64,000 nucleotides of DNA from an uncultured Gammaproteobacteria bacterium (GCA_964600575.1 CAZRJH010000001.1:223683-287682), one strand, 5' to 3'; shown: positions 38,422-48,982, counted from the first letter of the stretch. Notes: a model not told the origin generated them from the sequence alone. Translations and numbers: made by a program.

Positions 38422-39594
38422 ATGAAGATAGCCATTTATTACCCTTGGGTTTACTCAAAAAGCGGGGTTGAAAAAACCATACTTGCTATGGTTTCGGACA
38501 AAAGAAATCAATACACGATTTTCACAAATCATTACGATAAACAATCAACTTTTGAAGAATTTTCTGATTTAGAAGTTGTGGAACTGGATAAAGTTTCTGT
38601 AAAAAGAGATTTGTTAAACGTACTTAAGGCGGCTTTTACAATAGCAAAACAAAAAATTGATCTGAACGACTATGATTTATTATTGGTAAACAGTGAAGGC
38701 CTTGGTGATTTAATTCTTCTAAAGAACAGCTATAAACCTGTAATTTGCTTTTGCCATACTCCATTAAGGCCGGTTTTCGACTTGTATTACAAAACAAGAA
38801 TTTTGGAAACATATAACACTTCTAAAAAAATATTATTTTATTTTTTTTCAAAAATTTTTACGAAGATTGATCGTCTACTTTGGAAAAAATACGACCGCAT
38901 TATTTTTAACAGCAAAGAAAGTTTTAACCGTGCAATACGAGGTGGCCTAGTCAGCAAATCTTCTACAAAATGGAGCATACTGAATCCTCCGTCCATGTCT
39001 GATAATAAAAACATATCAAAAACTTTTAACAATTACTTTCTTTTGCCGGGAAGGATCATGTGGACAAAAAATATTGAGTTAGCAATTAACGGTTTTGTTA
39101 ATTTCAAAAAAGATAGCGCAGGAAAAAAGAATTACAAACTTATAATTGCAGGCCACCTAGACGCCAAAAGTCAACAATACTTAGAGAACCTTAAAAAACT
39201 TACTAAAACCAGAAACGACATTCAGTTTGTTATCGATCCCGACCAAAAAGAACTAGACCTGCTATATCTAAAAAGCATGTGTGTTGTCTCCAGTGCTTTT
39301 AACGAAGATTGGGGCTTAACCCTTTTGGAAGCCAATGCTTTCGGCAAGGGGGTAATTGCAATTGACCGAGGCGGTCCTAAAGAGTCACAAATTAATCAAG
39401 AAACTGCAATTTTAATAAAAGAAAGCACAAAGGCAATGTCGGAAGCTTTTTCAAAGATGGCAAAAGTTAAGTATGCAAAAAAACTAGGCAGAAACGCTTT
39501 CCAGTTATCAAAAAAATATAATAAAAAATATTTTATTGACAAACTTAACAAACAATTTCAGTTAGTTTCGGATTCACGAAAATTGCCCAGATGA
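38422..39594 (+). CDS. Glycosyltransferase family 4
   Basis: SGVEK, CHTP.R, GRI...KN, EDWGLTLLEA. Confidence 0.9.
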   Translation: MKIAIYYPWVYSKSGVEKTILAMVSDKRNQYTIFTNHYDKQSTFEEFSDLEVVELDKVSVKRDLLNVLKAAFTIAKQKIDLNDYDLLLVNSEGLGDLILLKNSYKPVICFCHTPLRPVFDLYYKTRILETYNTSKKILFYFFSKIFTKIDRLLWKKYDRIIFNSKESFNRAIRGGLVSKSSTKWSILNPPSMSDNKNISKTFNNYFLLPGRIMWTKNIELAINGFVNFKKDSAGKKNYKLIIAGHLDAKSQQYLENLKKLTKTRNDIQFVIDPDQKELDLLYLKSMCVVSSAFNEDWGLTLLEANAFGKGVIAIDRGGPKESQINQETAILIKESTKAMSEAFSKMAKVKYAKKLGRNAFQLSKKYNKKYFIDKLNKQFQLVSDSRKLPR

Positions 39595-40256
39595 AATTCA
39601 TTAACTGCTTTTTCCAGTGAACCTACTTTAGGGTATAGTCCATACATTTCGTATCTCTCAAGATAGTCTTTGCAAAAATCACCATTTTCTTTGATTATTG
39701 AGCAATCGTTTAGAACTTTTCTAAAACTTGAAACGTCATTCATGGCAATATATTCGGAGGCAAGTTCTACATAAAGGAAACTCATCGCGGGCGTTAATCT
39801 AATCGATTCCTTTATGCAAGAGATTGCATGTTCAAAGTACCCTGCTCTAAAAAAAATTAGAGACATTTTGTACTTAATGTTTGCCAACACCTCGGGATAG
39901 GGTTTATCCACAGCAATAAGTATGACGGGGGTGATTTTACTTTTAATATCACTTTTTGTTCCCATGCTAACGTTCTTTAAATTCAAGCTTGAGGTACCCC
40001 CCTCAAAAATTGTAGGAAAATACTTTTTATTTTCCCTAATGTATAAATTTGAAGATAAATCTATTAACTTAAGAGTAAGGTCAAGATTGTCTTTTTTAAT
40101 AAAATACGATGAAGCTTGTAGTAAATATTGGGAAAGTTTAAATTTGTCGCTATTATATAGGTAACCAACTTCAGATATTAACAAAAGTATAATGAAAAAC
40201 AAACTAAATAAAATAATATTTATTTTTGAGAAGTATTTGTTTTTGGTGTTAGGCAT
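39558..40256 (-). CDS. Membrane-anchored hypothetical protein with TPR-like segment
   Basis: N-terminal TM; A..C...SI.L.P...Y.ELA..Y pattern. Confidence 0.6.
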   Translation of the reverse strand: MPNTKNKYFSKINIILFSLFFIILLLISEVGYLYNSDKFKLSQYLLQASSYFIKKDNLDLTLKLIDLSSNLYIRENKKYFPTIFEGGTSSLNLKNVSMGTKSDIKSKITPVILIAVDKPYPEVLANIKYKMSLIFFRAGYFEHAISCIKESIRLTPAMSFLYVELASEYIAMNDVSSFRKVLNDCSIIKENGDFCKDYLERYEMYGLYPKVGSLEKAVNEFHLGNFRESETN

Positions 40257-42336
40257 GTTAAATCATTTAAAAAAACCGAGTAAATTCCAAAAAATAATCT
40301 TAACAGTAATTTTAGGATTATTTTTAACTATTTACTTCACTTTTCCGCTCATAGCAAACCTCCGGACCAGCTATCCAAAAAATTCAGATTTTTATCTTAA
40401 TGCATGGACTTATTGGTATACCGCCAAAAGTGTAGTGGACGGATCTATTTTAAATACCCAACAATTTTATAATACCGACCACCTTTATCCGTTCCCCGGG
40501 ACATTAGCACAACAAGACTTTATGCTGCTTCCGTCTGTATTGCTATATTTACCGATTTTCACACTCACCAAAGACCACATATTAAGCACAAACGTCTTAA
40601 TATTTATGACTTATTTTTTGAATTTTGCTTCCTCTTTTTATTTTATCAAAAAAATAACAAGGGAAACTTTAACCGGCTTGTTTGGAGCAATGGTATTCTC
40701 GTTCTCTCCAAGCGTGATTAATCTCTGGGGCGGGCATTTGGAATACCTTTCCCGTTTTATAATTCCTCCGTTAACTTACTTTTTTTTGAGTTATTTAAAA
40801 ACACCAAAAATATTAACCGGTTTTGCTTTTTTTGCCTGTTACACGGCTTTATGGTTTACATCAATAGTGCTAGCTTTGCTAACAACGGTTTTGTTCCTTG
40901 TTGCCGGAATAATTTATTTTTTTTATAAACTTTTTTCGGCAAACAAACACAAAAGCAAATTAAAACTAGTTTGTTTTGCTTTAACAAGCATTATTTTTTT
41001 ACCTCTAATTTGGAGGTTTTTTAATTTTTATATTGATTATTCTAAAAAAGAAAATTTTACAAGGCACGAAAACGAGATTCGACAATACACAGTGAGCCCG
41101 CTGGACTTCGTGATACCGTTTCCAAACAATATTCTTTTTGGATTTTTGGCCAAATCTACAGAAAACTTAAGAAACAAGAACACCGGTCACGAATTCAATT
41201 ATCAGGAGCACACCATGAGTTTTGGATATCTTCCTCTAGTCTTCTTGGTTGTATCCGCTATTTTTTTTACCAAAACCAGGCGTAAAACCAATAAAAAGTT
41301 AGTTGCAATTATTGCTCTTGTTTGTTTAATTTTAGCTTTTGGACCGAAAATCTATATTAATAACACCGAAGTAAAGCTTCCGTATTACTATATAAGTCAG
41401 GCGTTTCCTCCACTCCAAGCCATACGCACTCCAACCAGAATAAAATATATAGGTTTGTATTTTGTTGCAATTTTGGCATCTTACGGTTTAAGTTATCTAG
41501 GCAAAAAGTCAGGTAAATATAGGAGAATTATATTTGTATCGAGTCTTTTGGTTCTAACCCTGGAGTACAAAACACAATTTACAATAAACAAACCCGAGTA
41601 TAAAAGGATAGATTACGATATTTACAAAAAAAAGGTTTTATTTTTACCAATCAAGGACGACTTCGAAAAGCTAAACAATGCATCTTACTCAATCTACAAC
41701 ATTGTCCACAACATAACTACCGTAAACGGATCTACGGGATCAGAATATCAAATTAACGGTTTTTTTCCTTTTGTTTACAATCTAAAAACTTATTCTTTTA
41801 ATGAATATTGGTTTGAACTTCTAAGTTCGATCGGCGTTGATTTCGTAATAGTCAGTAAGACCGAAAACAATTTTGTAGACATCCAGACAAGTATGGCTAA
41901 AGTTGGGGAGTTAACACTTAAAAGCTTGAAAATTTATGAGGACGAAAATTGGTTAATTTTGGATGTAAAAAAGTTTTACAAGCAGGGAGTTGTTTGCCTG
42001 GACCCTTCAGTTAACAACCTCGGGATAAAATTCAATCTTATGTCTGATCCCTTATCAAATAAACATCTGCTTATTTATAGCGGAATCAACAACAGAGACT
42101 GCAATTTAACATTTTTAAATCAAAACAGGTATGTTTCTATGCAGTACAAGCCGTCTTTTCAAAAAACAAATAACAAAACTTACAAAAACTACCTAATTAT
42201 GCCTGTCTACCTTCAAGCAGGCGGGGAATATTCGAACGAGATTCTGCTGGAAAATCCAAACAATGAACAAATAAATGAAGTCGAGATTGATTTAAACGGA
42301 AGTATATTTATAGTTAAAAACTCAAAAGATTATTAG
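40255..42336 (+). CDS. YfhO-like / GT-C type polytopic membrane protein
   Basis: D....W, .YPF...L, F.FSP, .R.P.R motifs and many TMs; start 40255 or 40192. Confidence 0.75.
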   Translation: MLNHLKKPSKFQKIILTVILGLFLTIYFTFPLIANLRTSYPKNSDFYLNAWTYWYTAKSVVDGSILNTQQFYNTDHLYPFPGTLAQQDFMLLPSVLLYLPIFTLTKDHILSTNVLIFMTYFLNFASSFYFIKKITRETLTGLFGAMVFSFSPSVINLWGGHLEYLSRFIIPPLTYFFLSYLKTPKILTGFAFFACYTALWFTSIVLALLTTVLFLVAGIIYFFYKLFSANKHKSKLKLVCFALTSIIFLPLIWRFFNFYIDYSKKENFTRHENEIRQYTVSPLDFVIPFPNNILFGFLAKSTENLRNKNTGHEFNYQEHTMSFGYLPLVFLVVSAIFFTKTRRKTNKKLVAIIALVCLILAFGPKIYINNTEVKLPYYYISQAFPPLQAIRTPTRIKYIGLYFVAILASYGLSYLGKKSGKYRRIIFVSSLLVLTLEYKTQFTINKPEYKRIDYDIYKKKVLFLPIKDDFEKLNNASYSIYNIVHNITTVNGSTGSEYQINGFFPFVYNLKTYSFNEYWFELLSSIGVDFVIVSKTENNFVDIQTSMAKVGELTLKSLKIYEDENWLILDVKKFYKQGVVCLDPSVNNLGIKFNLMSDPLSNKHLLIYSGINNRDCNLTFLNQNRYVSMQYKPSFQKTNNKTYKNYLIMPVYLQAGGEYSNEILLENPNNEQINEVEIDLNGSIFIVKNSKDY

Positions 42337-42365
42337 TTTAATTTATTTAATGTAGTATTTAATAA

Positions 42366-43430
42366 ATGTTCAGTATCGAAAAAAAACTTACACACAGCTT
42401 GTTCGACCACTTTGCTTTTCTTGTCGTGACCGTCTTAATTAATCTCGGTTCGCTCGGGGTATTTACGGCAATTTTTCTTTATTTGGGTATTGTTTTGGCA
42501 TGCTTGCTCGTTGGGTTTAAATTAGTAATTCAAAAAAATATATATTTACCTCGTCACTATGTAATTTACCTTGTATTTATAGGCATACTGGCTATACACA
42601 CCTCAAAGTTCAGCGGAGATTTTTATTACTTTTGGATTTACGCTTCAGGTGCTGTTTTTTGGCTTTTGGCCGCAAATTTTAAAAATGTTTTAGAAGAACA
42701 CTTTTACTATCTGATTTACACGCTCGGCTTATTAATGGCAACTTTATTTATAACAACTTCCATTAACCCCATATCAACACCCAATTTGGCAACTCTTTTT
42801 GCCCCTGCAACTTCCGCCGTAAAACACAGCAATATAGGCGATTTATGGTCAATAATAATTGTTGCCTCTGTAATCTATTTTCATAAAAGAAATAAGGTAA
42901 TCGGTTTGATATTTATCGCCGTTGGTTTACTTTTTATTGCGACATCCTTTTCAAGATCTGCTGTTGTAGCATCTGTTATTGGAGTCGGGTTTGTAATTTT
43001 GAAAACCAGATGGGTCCTGTTTAAGAAGATATTTCCGCTTTTTTTGGCTGTATTTGCTGTTATTTTTATCACCATCAGTCTCTCTAAATCTGTCTTGTTT
43101 TCGCGGCCTTACTTTGCAGAAGCACTATCAGCACTTTTCAACCGTCCGCTTGGAACGGGTTTAGGTAATTTTAGCCTTATAAGTACTTCTTCTAATTTTG
43201 CCCACAGTATTTTTCTTGAAGTTGTGTCTGCGCTTGGAGTGTTTTCGATACCTTTTATAGTCTGGTTAGGTTTTATGGTAAAAGACATTTTGGTTGCAAG
43301 TGGGGAGGATATAGGCTATTCCGCGGTGGAACTTACAATACTTGCAATATTTATGTTTACGCCCAACTATATTATATTTGGCCTTGTTTGGCTTTGGTTT
43401 TTGACAATCGGACTAAAAAGAGAAGACTAA
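42366..43430 (+). CDS. O-antigen ligase-like membrane protein
   Basis: SFSRSA, PLGTGLGNF, AHSIFLE. Confidence 0.8.
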   Translation: MFSIEKKLTHSLFDHFAFLVVTVLINLGSLGVFTAIFLYLGIVLACLLVGFKLVIQKNIYLPRHYVIYLVFIGILAIHTSKFSGDFYYFWIYASGAVFWLLAANFKNVLEEHFYYLIYTLGLLMATLFITTSINPISTPNLATLFAPATSAVKHSNIGDLWSIIIVASVIYFHKRNKVIGLIFIAVGLLFIATSFSRSAVVASVIGVGFVILKTRWVLFKKIFPLFLAVFAVIFITISLSKSVLFSRPYFAEALSALFNRPLGTGLGNFSLISTSSNFAHSIFLEVVSALGVFSIPFIVWLGFMVKDILVASGEDIGYSAVELTILAIFMFTPNYIIFGLVWLWFLTIGLKRED

Positions 43431-43449
43431 ACTTGAATTTGTTTCAAGA

Positions 43450-43914
43450 TCAATTTCTTTCCAAAGAAATACCTAGAGAATTAATCGTTATAACCACCGG
43501 CATTGTTACCCAAAAACTTCCTTGCGGTAATGTTCCGCCAAAAGCCTCATACTCATCTTTCTTAAAATGCACTCTGGTTAAACTCCCGTCCTCGTTTTTT
43601 ATTCCAATTACATAAACATACTTTTCTCCGTCTATTACTCTTTGTTCCAAATCTGCCGAGACAAAAGTGCCGTAAATTTTAGTCTCTTGTCTAGAAGCTA
43701 TGTTTGAAGTTGTATAGTCGTAAATTTTTTCTATACTGGTCTTATCAACAAGTTTTATCTTCCTTTCCGAAGCAACCACAACCTCCTCAACCTTTACTTT
43801 ATCCTTTCTTATAATGTAAACGGTAAGGAAAAATCCGCCTACACACAGTATCAAAGCAACAAGGACAACAATAATAACCCGCAAATACTTTTCTGAGCCA
43901 TTATCAGAATCCAT
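43450..43914 (-). CDS. Single-pass membrane hypothetical protein
   Basis: 154-aa ORF with N-terminal TM that fills the gap. Confidence 0.6.
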   Translation of the reverse strand: MDSDNGSEKYLRVIIVVLVALILCVGGFFLTVYIIRKDKVKVEEVVVASERKIKLVDKTSIEKIYDYTTSNIASRQETKIYGTFVSADLEQRVIDGEKYVYVIGIKNEDGSLTRVHFKKDEYEAFGGTLPQGSFWVTMPVVITINSLGISLERN

Positions 43915-43988
43915 AATTTATAATAAACCAAAGTTCTACATAAAACAAAACGTTAGTTTAAAAACAAAATGTTATAATTTGCAAAACT

Positions 43989-45077
43989 GTGGCAATTGAA
44001 TATATTGCAAAAATCTTAGACAAAAAAATAATTTCTTACTTTTTTTTGTTTTTTCTTTCACTAAATTTAATCTTAGCTTCAATTGGGGGCAGTATGACAA
44101 CTCCACTTTTTTTGTCGTTTATTATTAACTTGTTTTTTTGGGGAGTTTTGTTAACGGGTGATCATCCAATAACTTTCCCAAGGTATTTTAAGTTATATGT
44201 TCTTTTTTTGGCCATAGGCCTTTTGCACTACATTTTTTTTAAGGGAAATATAAAGTTGTATATGATTCTTGTTTCCGGAGCGATATATTGGATTACCGCC
44301 TACAATTTTAAAAGTCAGATTTCTAAATTATTACCATTTGTTTTACAGGTCTTGTCTGTCGTGATTGTAATATTTTTTTTGGTAAATATCGGTAAGGATC
44401 TAAGATTCGACGTAACAGAGAACCTGTTTCATCCAACTGCAACCTCTAAACATAACCACATCGGTGATCTTTTTGCTCTGACACTGGTGTCAAATATAAA
44501 ACATGTATCTGCAGGTTTTAGATTTAGCAACATAGTTTTTATAGTTGTTTCCTTGATATTTATGGCGATTTCTTATTCAAGATCTGCTGTTGTTTCACTT
44601 CTTATCTCTATTGCTTACTTGTTTTCGACATCAAAAAACAAGCAAAAAATTTCGTTATTTTTAAAAATACTTTTTGTAGTGGGAGTATCCCTGGTTGTTT
44701 ATTTTGGTCTTCAGAAAACGACTATTTTTTCAAGACCGTATTTTGCCGAATCTTTTTGGTTACTTTTAAAAAATCCGTTTGGCATCGGTTTTGGCAATTT
44801 TCCCTTGTATAACCACAATATCCAAGTGGTTCATAGCATTATTATGGAGATAATAGTAGGCTATGGTTTGTTTTCTATTGTTTGGATTTATTGGTTTTAC
44901 ATCTCCTTAACTCAAGTTCTGAAATCCGATAACAATAAGGTGCTAAGTGCAGTATATTTAGGCATTATTACAAACTTGGCTTTTGACCGCACATATCTCA
45001 TACCTACTTTTGTATGGCTCTTGTTCGTTATTTTAGGAGTACTTGAGCAGGATACCGGGGCAGACGTATATTTATGA
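43989..45077 (+). CDS. O-antigen ligase-like membrane protein (paralog of 42366-43430)
   Basis: SYSRSA, FSRPYFAE, PFGIGFGNF, VHSIIME. Confidence 0.8.
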   Translation: MAIEYIAKILDKKIISYFFLFFLSLNLILASIGGSMTTPLFLSFIINLFFWGVLLTGDHPITFPRYFKLYVLFLAIGLLHYIFFKGNIKLYMILVSGAIYWITAYNFKSQISKLLPFVLQVLSVVIVIFFLVNIGKDLRFDVTENLFHPTATSKHNHIGDLFALTLVSNIKHVSAGFRFSNIVFIVVSLIFMAISYSRSAVVSLLISIAYLFSTSKNKQKISLFLKILFVVGVSLVVYFGLQKTTIFSRPYFAESFWLLLKNPFGIGFGNFPLYNHNIQVVHSIIMEIIVGYGLFSIVWIYWFYISLTQVLKSDNNKVLSAVYLGIITNLAFDRTYLIPTFVWLLFVILGVLEQDTGADVYL

Positions 45078-45083
45078 TGAATA

Positions 45084-45112
45084 TTGACATTTATTTTTAT
45101 TAGTCCTATAAT
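45084..45112 (+). promoter_or_regulatory. Consensus sigma70 promoter (leaderless arrangement)
   Basis: TTGACA, 17 bp, TATAAT; ATG 6 nt downstream. Confidence 0.8.
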
Positions 45113-45118
45113 ATAGCC

Positions 45119-46627
45119 ATGTTTACAGAACGAAAACTACCACTGTGGGCACGATTGACTTCGGGATTTGTTATCGGAGCACTTCTTTCAGGTTGTATGG
45201 GAAAAACCTTTGGAACAGTTACCCCAACGGCAGAGTCAGCTTCACCTACACCTATGAGTGAACCTTACTGCGACTCGCACATGCTTACAATCGAGCCGCC
45301 TATGGATTTAGACGCCATCAACCCTTATGTGCTACCCATAATTTCCGAAAATCTAATGGGTCCTAGCGGAGTTGGTAGAATCACAGGTTTGAGCAGAGTT
45401 ACAAACCCTTCCCCCGACTACGTCTCCAATGTCAAAAAATCAGCACAAGACAAAAATCTCCCTTTGGATGCAGCTAAGGCAACGGTTGTCGAGTTCGGGA
45501 TGGAAGGAGACTCTAACAAATCTTGTGCACCCTTAACTATGATTTTAGGAGAAGAAAAATCAGACGGAACCCAACCTGCTTATTTAGGTTTTGCCACGGA
45601 ACAAATTGACTCTGATCAAAACGGCACCCCTGATTTGGATGTGCTCGTGCCTTCGTTCGACGGCAATATTGATACTTTTTTACCGCTCGGACAAGTAGAT
45701 GCCAATCCGGGAGACAGCGTTGTTCATGTAGGCACAATCGACCAACTGGACCCCAACTCAATAAGTCCAATTTTTGAAATAGACCAGGAAAGCGGTAAAG
45801 TTACATTCTATCCGCCTTTTTACCAGGGTGAAGGCTCCGGATCAGAAGCGGGAGTACAGGTAGAATCTGCAGCTAATTTTGTTAATGTCTCTTATAAGAC
45901 AGAGGGTGCAAATCCTACTAATATCTTAACACCAACCCCGTCCGCACCTGTCACAGAAGTAACCGTAGCTCCTCCTGCTACGGAAACACCCGAAGCCAGC
46001 CAATTCCAAGTTTGTTCAGCAGAAAATTATGCAAATTGTGCCATACCATCCCAAGATTTGTTTAACGGTAATTACTTAAACTGGCTTAAAACTTTACAAG
46101 TTGAACAATTTGACCCTGCGAAAGTTGAACAACTTCAATGTTTCGGAAACAGTCAAGAAATAACATTTGTAGGTAGTCCAAGTAAAAATAATTTTGCAAA
46201 TCCTGATACTGCAATGGTAAAGCGAGGCTTTACATTTGGGGTAGTAACTTTACAGCCGGGGGAAGTGGGTTACGATTTTCCGCAAACCAGGACCTTCCTG
46301 ATTTTACCCGCTTTTTCTTACTCAAAGAGTTTAAATACGGGAGTTTGGAACCTTTTTGCATACAGAATAGACGGTCTGGCTCCCGAAAAAGTAGTTGAAT
46401 TTGCTAGCGGTTGGGCAAAATCCGGCAATCTTATGGTTATGTCAAGCCAATATGAGTCGGGGACGGGTACAGAAGTTGGTAATCCTTACCACAGAAATCC
46501 TTTGGTTGTTAACACATTCAACCTTTATCCCGATATGCAGACCAAACTAGACAATTTTGGTGAAAATTGTGACCCTGGCTACATTAGTGACCCGGGAATA
46601 ATTCTTGAAACAAGTTACACACGCTAA
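45119..46627 (+). CDS. Putative surface lipoprotein with Pro/Thr-rich linkers
   Basis: Lipobox-like LLSG|C26, TPT/PT tracts, DSDQNGTPD loop. Confidence 0.7.
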   Translation: MFTERKLPLWARLTSGFVIGALLSGCMGKTFGTVTPTAESASPTPMSEPYCDSHMLTIEPPMDLDAINPYVLPIISENLMGPSGVGRITGLSRVTNPSPDYVSNVKKSAQDKNLPLDAAKATVVEFGMEGDSNKSCAPLTMILGEEKSDGTQPAYLGFATEQIDSDQNGTPDLDVLVPSFDGNIDTFLPLGQVDANPGDSVVHVGTIDQLDPNSISPIFEIDQESGKVTFYPPFYQGEGSGSEAGVQVESAANFVNVSYKTEGANPTNILTPTPSAPVTEVTVAPPATETPEASQFQVCSAENYANCAIPSQDLFNGNYLNWLKTLQVEQFDPAKVEQLQCFGNSQEITFVGSPSKNNFANPDTAMVKRGFTFGVVTLQPGEVGYDFPQTRTFLILPAFSYSKSLNTGVWNLFAYRIDGLAPEKVVEFASGWAKSGNLMVMSSQYESGTGTEVGNPYHRNPLVVNTFNLYPDMQTKLDNFGENCDPGYISDPGIILETSYTR

Positions 46628-46673
46628 CCTCAACAGTTGCTCCATTAAAAAGAGTGTGATTTAATTGATTTGG

Positions 46674-47201
46674 ATGAAGCTACATTATCGTAAGTTAGGC
46701 ATTGTCTTTATAATGCTGTCAATTATTTTTTATATTCTGTACGTATTTTTAGGAGTGGAGAAAATTCAACAACCCTTCATGTACACAAACAAGCTCGAAT
46801 CTCAGATTAAGGAAAATTCGATTAGACAACTAAGAGATCATCCCAACTTAAATTTTTATAACGGTATATTTGCCCAAAAAATATTTTTTAACGACAAATT
46901 ATACGGTTTATGGATTGTTAACTTTAACGGTTTAAAGTACCACAAAGTTTCAGCATCAACAAAGTTTTCTTATTTCAGTTTATGTAAAGATCAAAGATGG
47001 ATGAACCCCCAACAGCGCCTTTCAAAAAATGATAATATAAATTATAAGGACTGGTTGAAAATGATAAGACAAGGCGATTATATTCAGGTGATTACAGATA
47101 AAGAAAACAATGCCGTCACTACGGAGATAATAGGCTATGATTGGTGGGCTTTTTCCAGCAAAATACCAGTCAACTATTTTCAAACAAGATGTCAAAACTA
47201 A
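46674..47201 (+). CDS. Membrane-anchored hypothetical protein
   Basis: N-terminal TM, co-oriented ORF. Confidence 0.6.
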   Translation: MKLHYRKLGIVFIMLSIIFYILYVFLGVEKIQQPFMYTNKLESQIKENSIRQLRDHPNLNFYNGIFAQKIFFNDKLYGLWIVNFNGLKYHKVSASTKFSYFSLCKDQRWMNPQQRLSKNDNINYKDWLKMIRQGDYIQVITDKENNAVTTEIIGYDWWAFSSKIPVNYFQTRCQN

Positions 47202-48982
47202 TTAAAATTTTACTAACAGTATTTGGTCTTTTTGTATTCTTCGGTATCTCGGCTAAATTAAATCCCGTAAACGCGCAATGTGTATGCGCCAACTGGGAAT
47301 ATCATCCGTACACATGCACAGTAGACGAAAAAGATGCTTCGGGTAATGTAATAGGTTCCACAACGGGTTGGTGCTCATATGCAATTTGTACGGACAACAA
47401 TTCTTACAACGGCTGTACATCTCCTCAATGTGATCCTGGCACGTACCCTTGTAACCGTGCTAGTGATGGGTATTGCTGCCCTCAAAACGAACCACAACCA
47501 ACAACAAACCCGGGATGTACTTCCAACTGCTGTAGCGGCTGTAGTTGTACCAATAGTTGCACAGGAAACCCAGCAACATGTGACCAAACAGCACCCACCA
47601 ATTTAAGTACAACAAGACTGTCATCTACCAGTGTTCTATTGCAGTGGACGCCTGGAAACCCAGGAGGCTCAAATCCATATCAAGCCCTTTATGTAAGCAC
47701 CAACCCAGACCCGCAAACGGGTTGCGCAGGAACTTCGGGAGGTACAAGTGTCTGTCCTGTAAAACAGGATAGCAGTACTACTGCAATGGCATCTACTCAG
47801 TCGTCATATACAGTTAACAATCTTTCCGCAAATACTGTCTATTACTGGACTGTCATGAACATCCAAGATGCAAACTGTGCGTCTTACTCCACCTCCTCTT
47901 CACCATACGTATCTTCTTGTAGTGTTACGCCTTCAAGTGTAACCATTAACCACGGTTCTACTCAGCTAATTACATCAAGTCTTACATCCGGAACCGGAAT
48001 CACACAGGTTACATTTACAAGCAACGATACTTCTAAAGTTACGGTTAGCCCTGGTAGCGACGCAAGTTACTCCTATCAAACAACTGCTACGGGTGTTGCA
48101 CCCACCTCCTCAGCAGTAACGATTACCGAGAATGTTTATGTAACAGGTGGCACGATAGGGTGTACAAATAACATAACAGTAAATGTTTTGGCCGCTTCTC
48201 CTTGGTGGCAGGTAAAAGACGCAGATGTTGCGAGTACCGGGACTTTAAACAGCGCAGTTCCAACCGGAGATTATTTTAGTCTAGCCGGTGCAGGAGGATA
48301 TCCAGGAATCCCTTCTTACATTGTATCTACAAGCCTGGATAATCTTAATGTTTCTCAGCTGGGGTGGCTTGTTCAATCAGATAACCCGACGGCAAGGCAA
48401 TACGATTACAGTTTCTTTAACAATCAGGTACCCGCCGATGCTGTAATAACAACCCTATCAAGTAATGTTTTAGACCAGGCTACCATTAATGCAAATGTAA
48501 CACCTTCTTACGGATATTATTGGTATAGATATGACGGATCAACAAGCGGTTTAGACTTAACAATCAACTCCGACTTAGTTTTGGGAACCAGAAAGGTAGT
48601 AGTATTAGCCGAATCATCCAGTGTGAATATTAGTGCTTTGGTAAACTTTACAAAAGGAAGCGGTTTTTTCCTTATTGTTGCAGGCAAGGACACCTCTGGA
48701 TCCAAAGGTGATATTGTCATAGACCCGGCCTTAGGCGGAAATGCTTTTGACTTAGAGGGAATTTATGTGGCTTCGGGGTCGTTTCAAACAGGCGCATCAA
48801 CGCTACCATTAAGAGTTCGCGGTTCTGTTGTGGGTTACGACTCAGTATTGTTACAACGAGACTTAAGCGGTTTAAATCTAGCCACGCCAGCAGAATATTT
48901 TGAATACGCTCCCGATTTATCTCTCTTGTTCCCCTCTGTTCTGGGTGCCCGAAAGATAACCTGGAAAGAAGTTGCTCCATAA
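47189..48982 (+). CDS. Secreted Cys-rich protein with FN3 and Ig-like domains
   Basis: Signal peptide (VNA|Q), Cys-rich N-terminus, FN3 (APTNL..SV.L.W...L.ANT.Y.W.V), C-terminal W.E.AP. Confidence 0.75.
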   Translation: MSKLIKILLTVFGLFVFFGISAKLNPVNAQCVCANWEYHPYTCTVDEKDASGNVIGSTTGWCSYAICTDNNSYNGCTSPQCDPGTYPCNRASDGYCCPQNEPQPTTNPGCTSNCCSGCSCTNSCTGNPATCDQTAPTNLSTTRLSSTSVLLQWTPGNPGGSNPYQALYVSTNPDPQTGCAGTSGGTSVCPVKQDSSTTAMASTQSSYTVNNLSANTVYYWTVMNIQDANCASYSTSSSPYVSSCSVTPSSVTINHGSTQLITSSLTSGTGITQVTFTSNDTSKVTVSPGSDASYSYQTTATGVAPTSSAVTITENVYVTGGTIGCTNNITVNVLAASPWWQVKDADVASTGTLNSAVPTGDYFSLAGAGGYPGIPSYIVSTSLDNLNVSQLGWLVQSDNPTARQYDYSFFNNQVPADAVITTLSSNVLDQATINANVTPSYGYYWYRYDGSTSGLDLTINSDLVLGTRKVVVLAESSSVNISALVNFTKGSGFFLIVAGKDTSGSKGDIVIDPALGGNAFDLEGIYVASGSFQTGASTLPLRVRGSVVGYDSVLLQRDLSGLNLATPAEYFEYAPDLSLLFPSVLGARKITWKEVAP

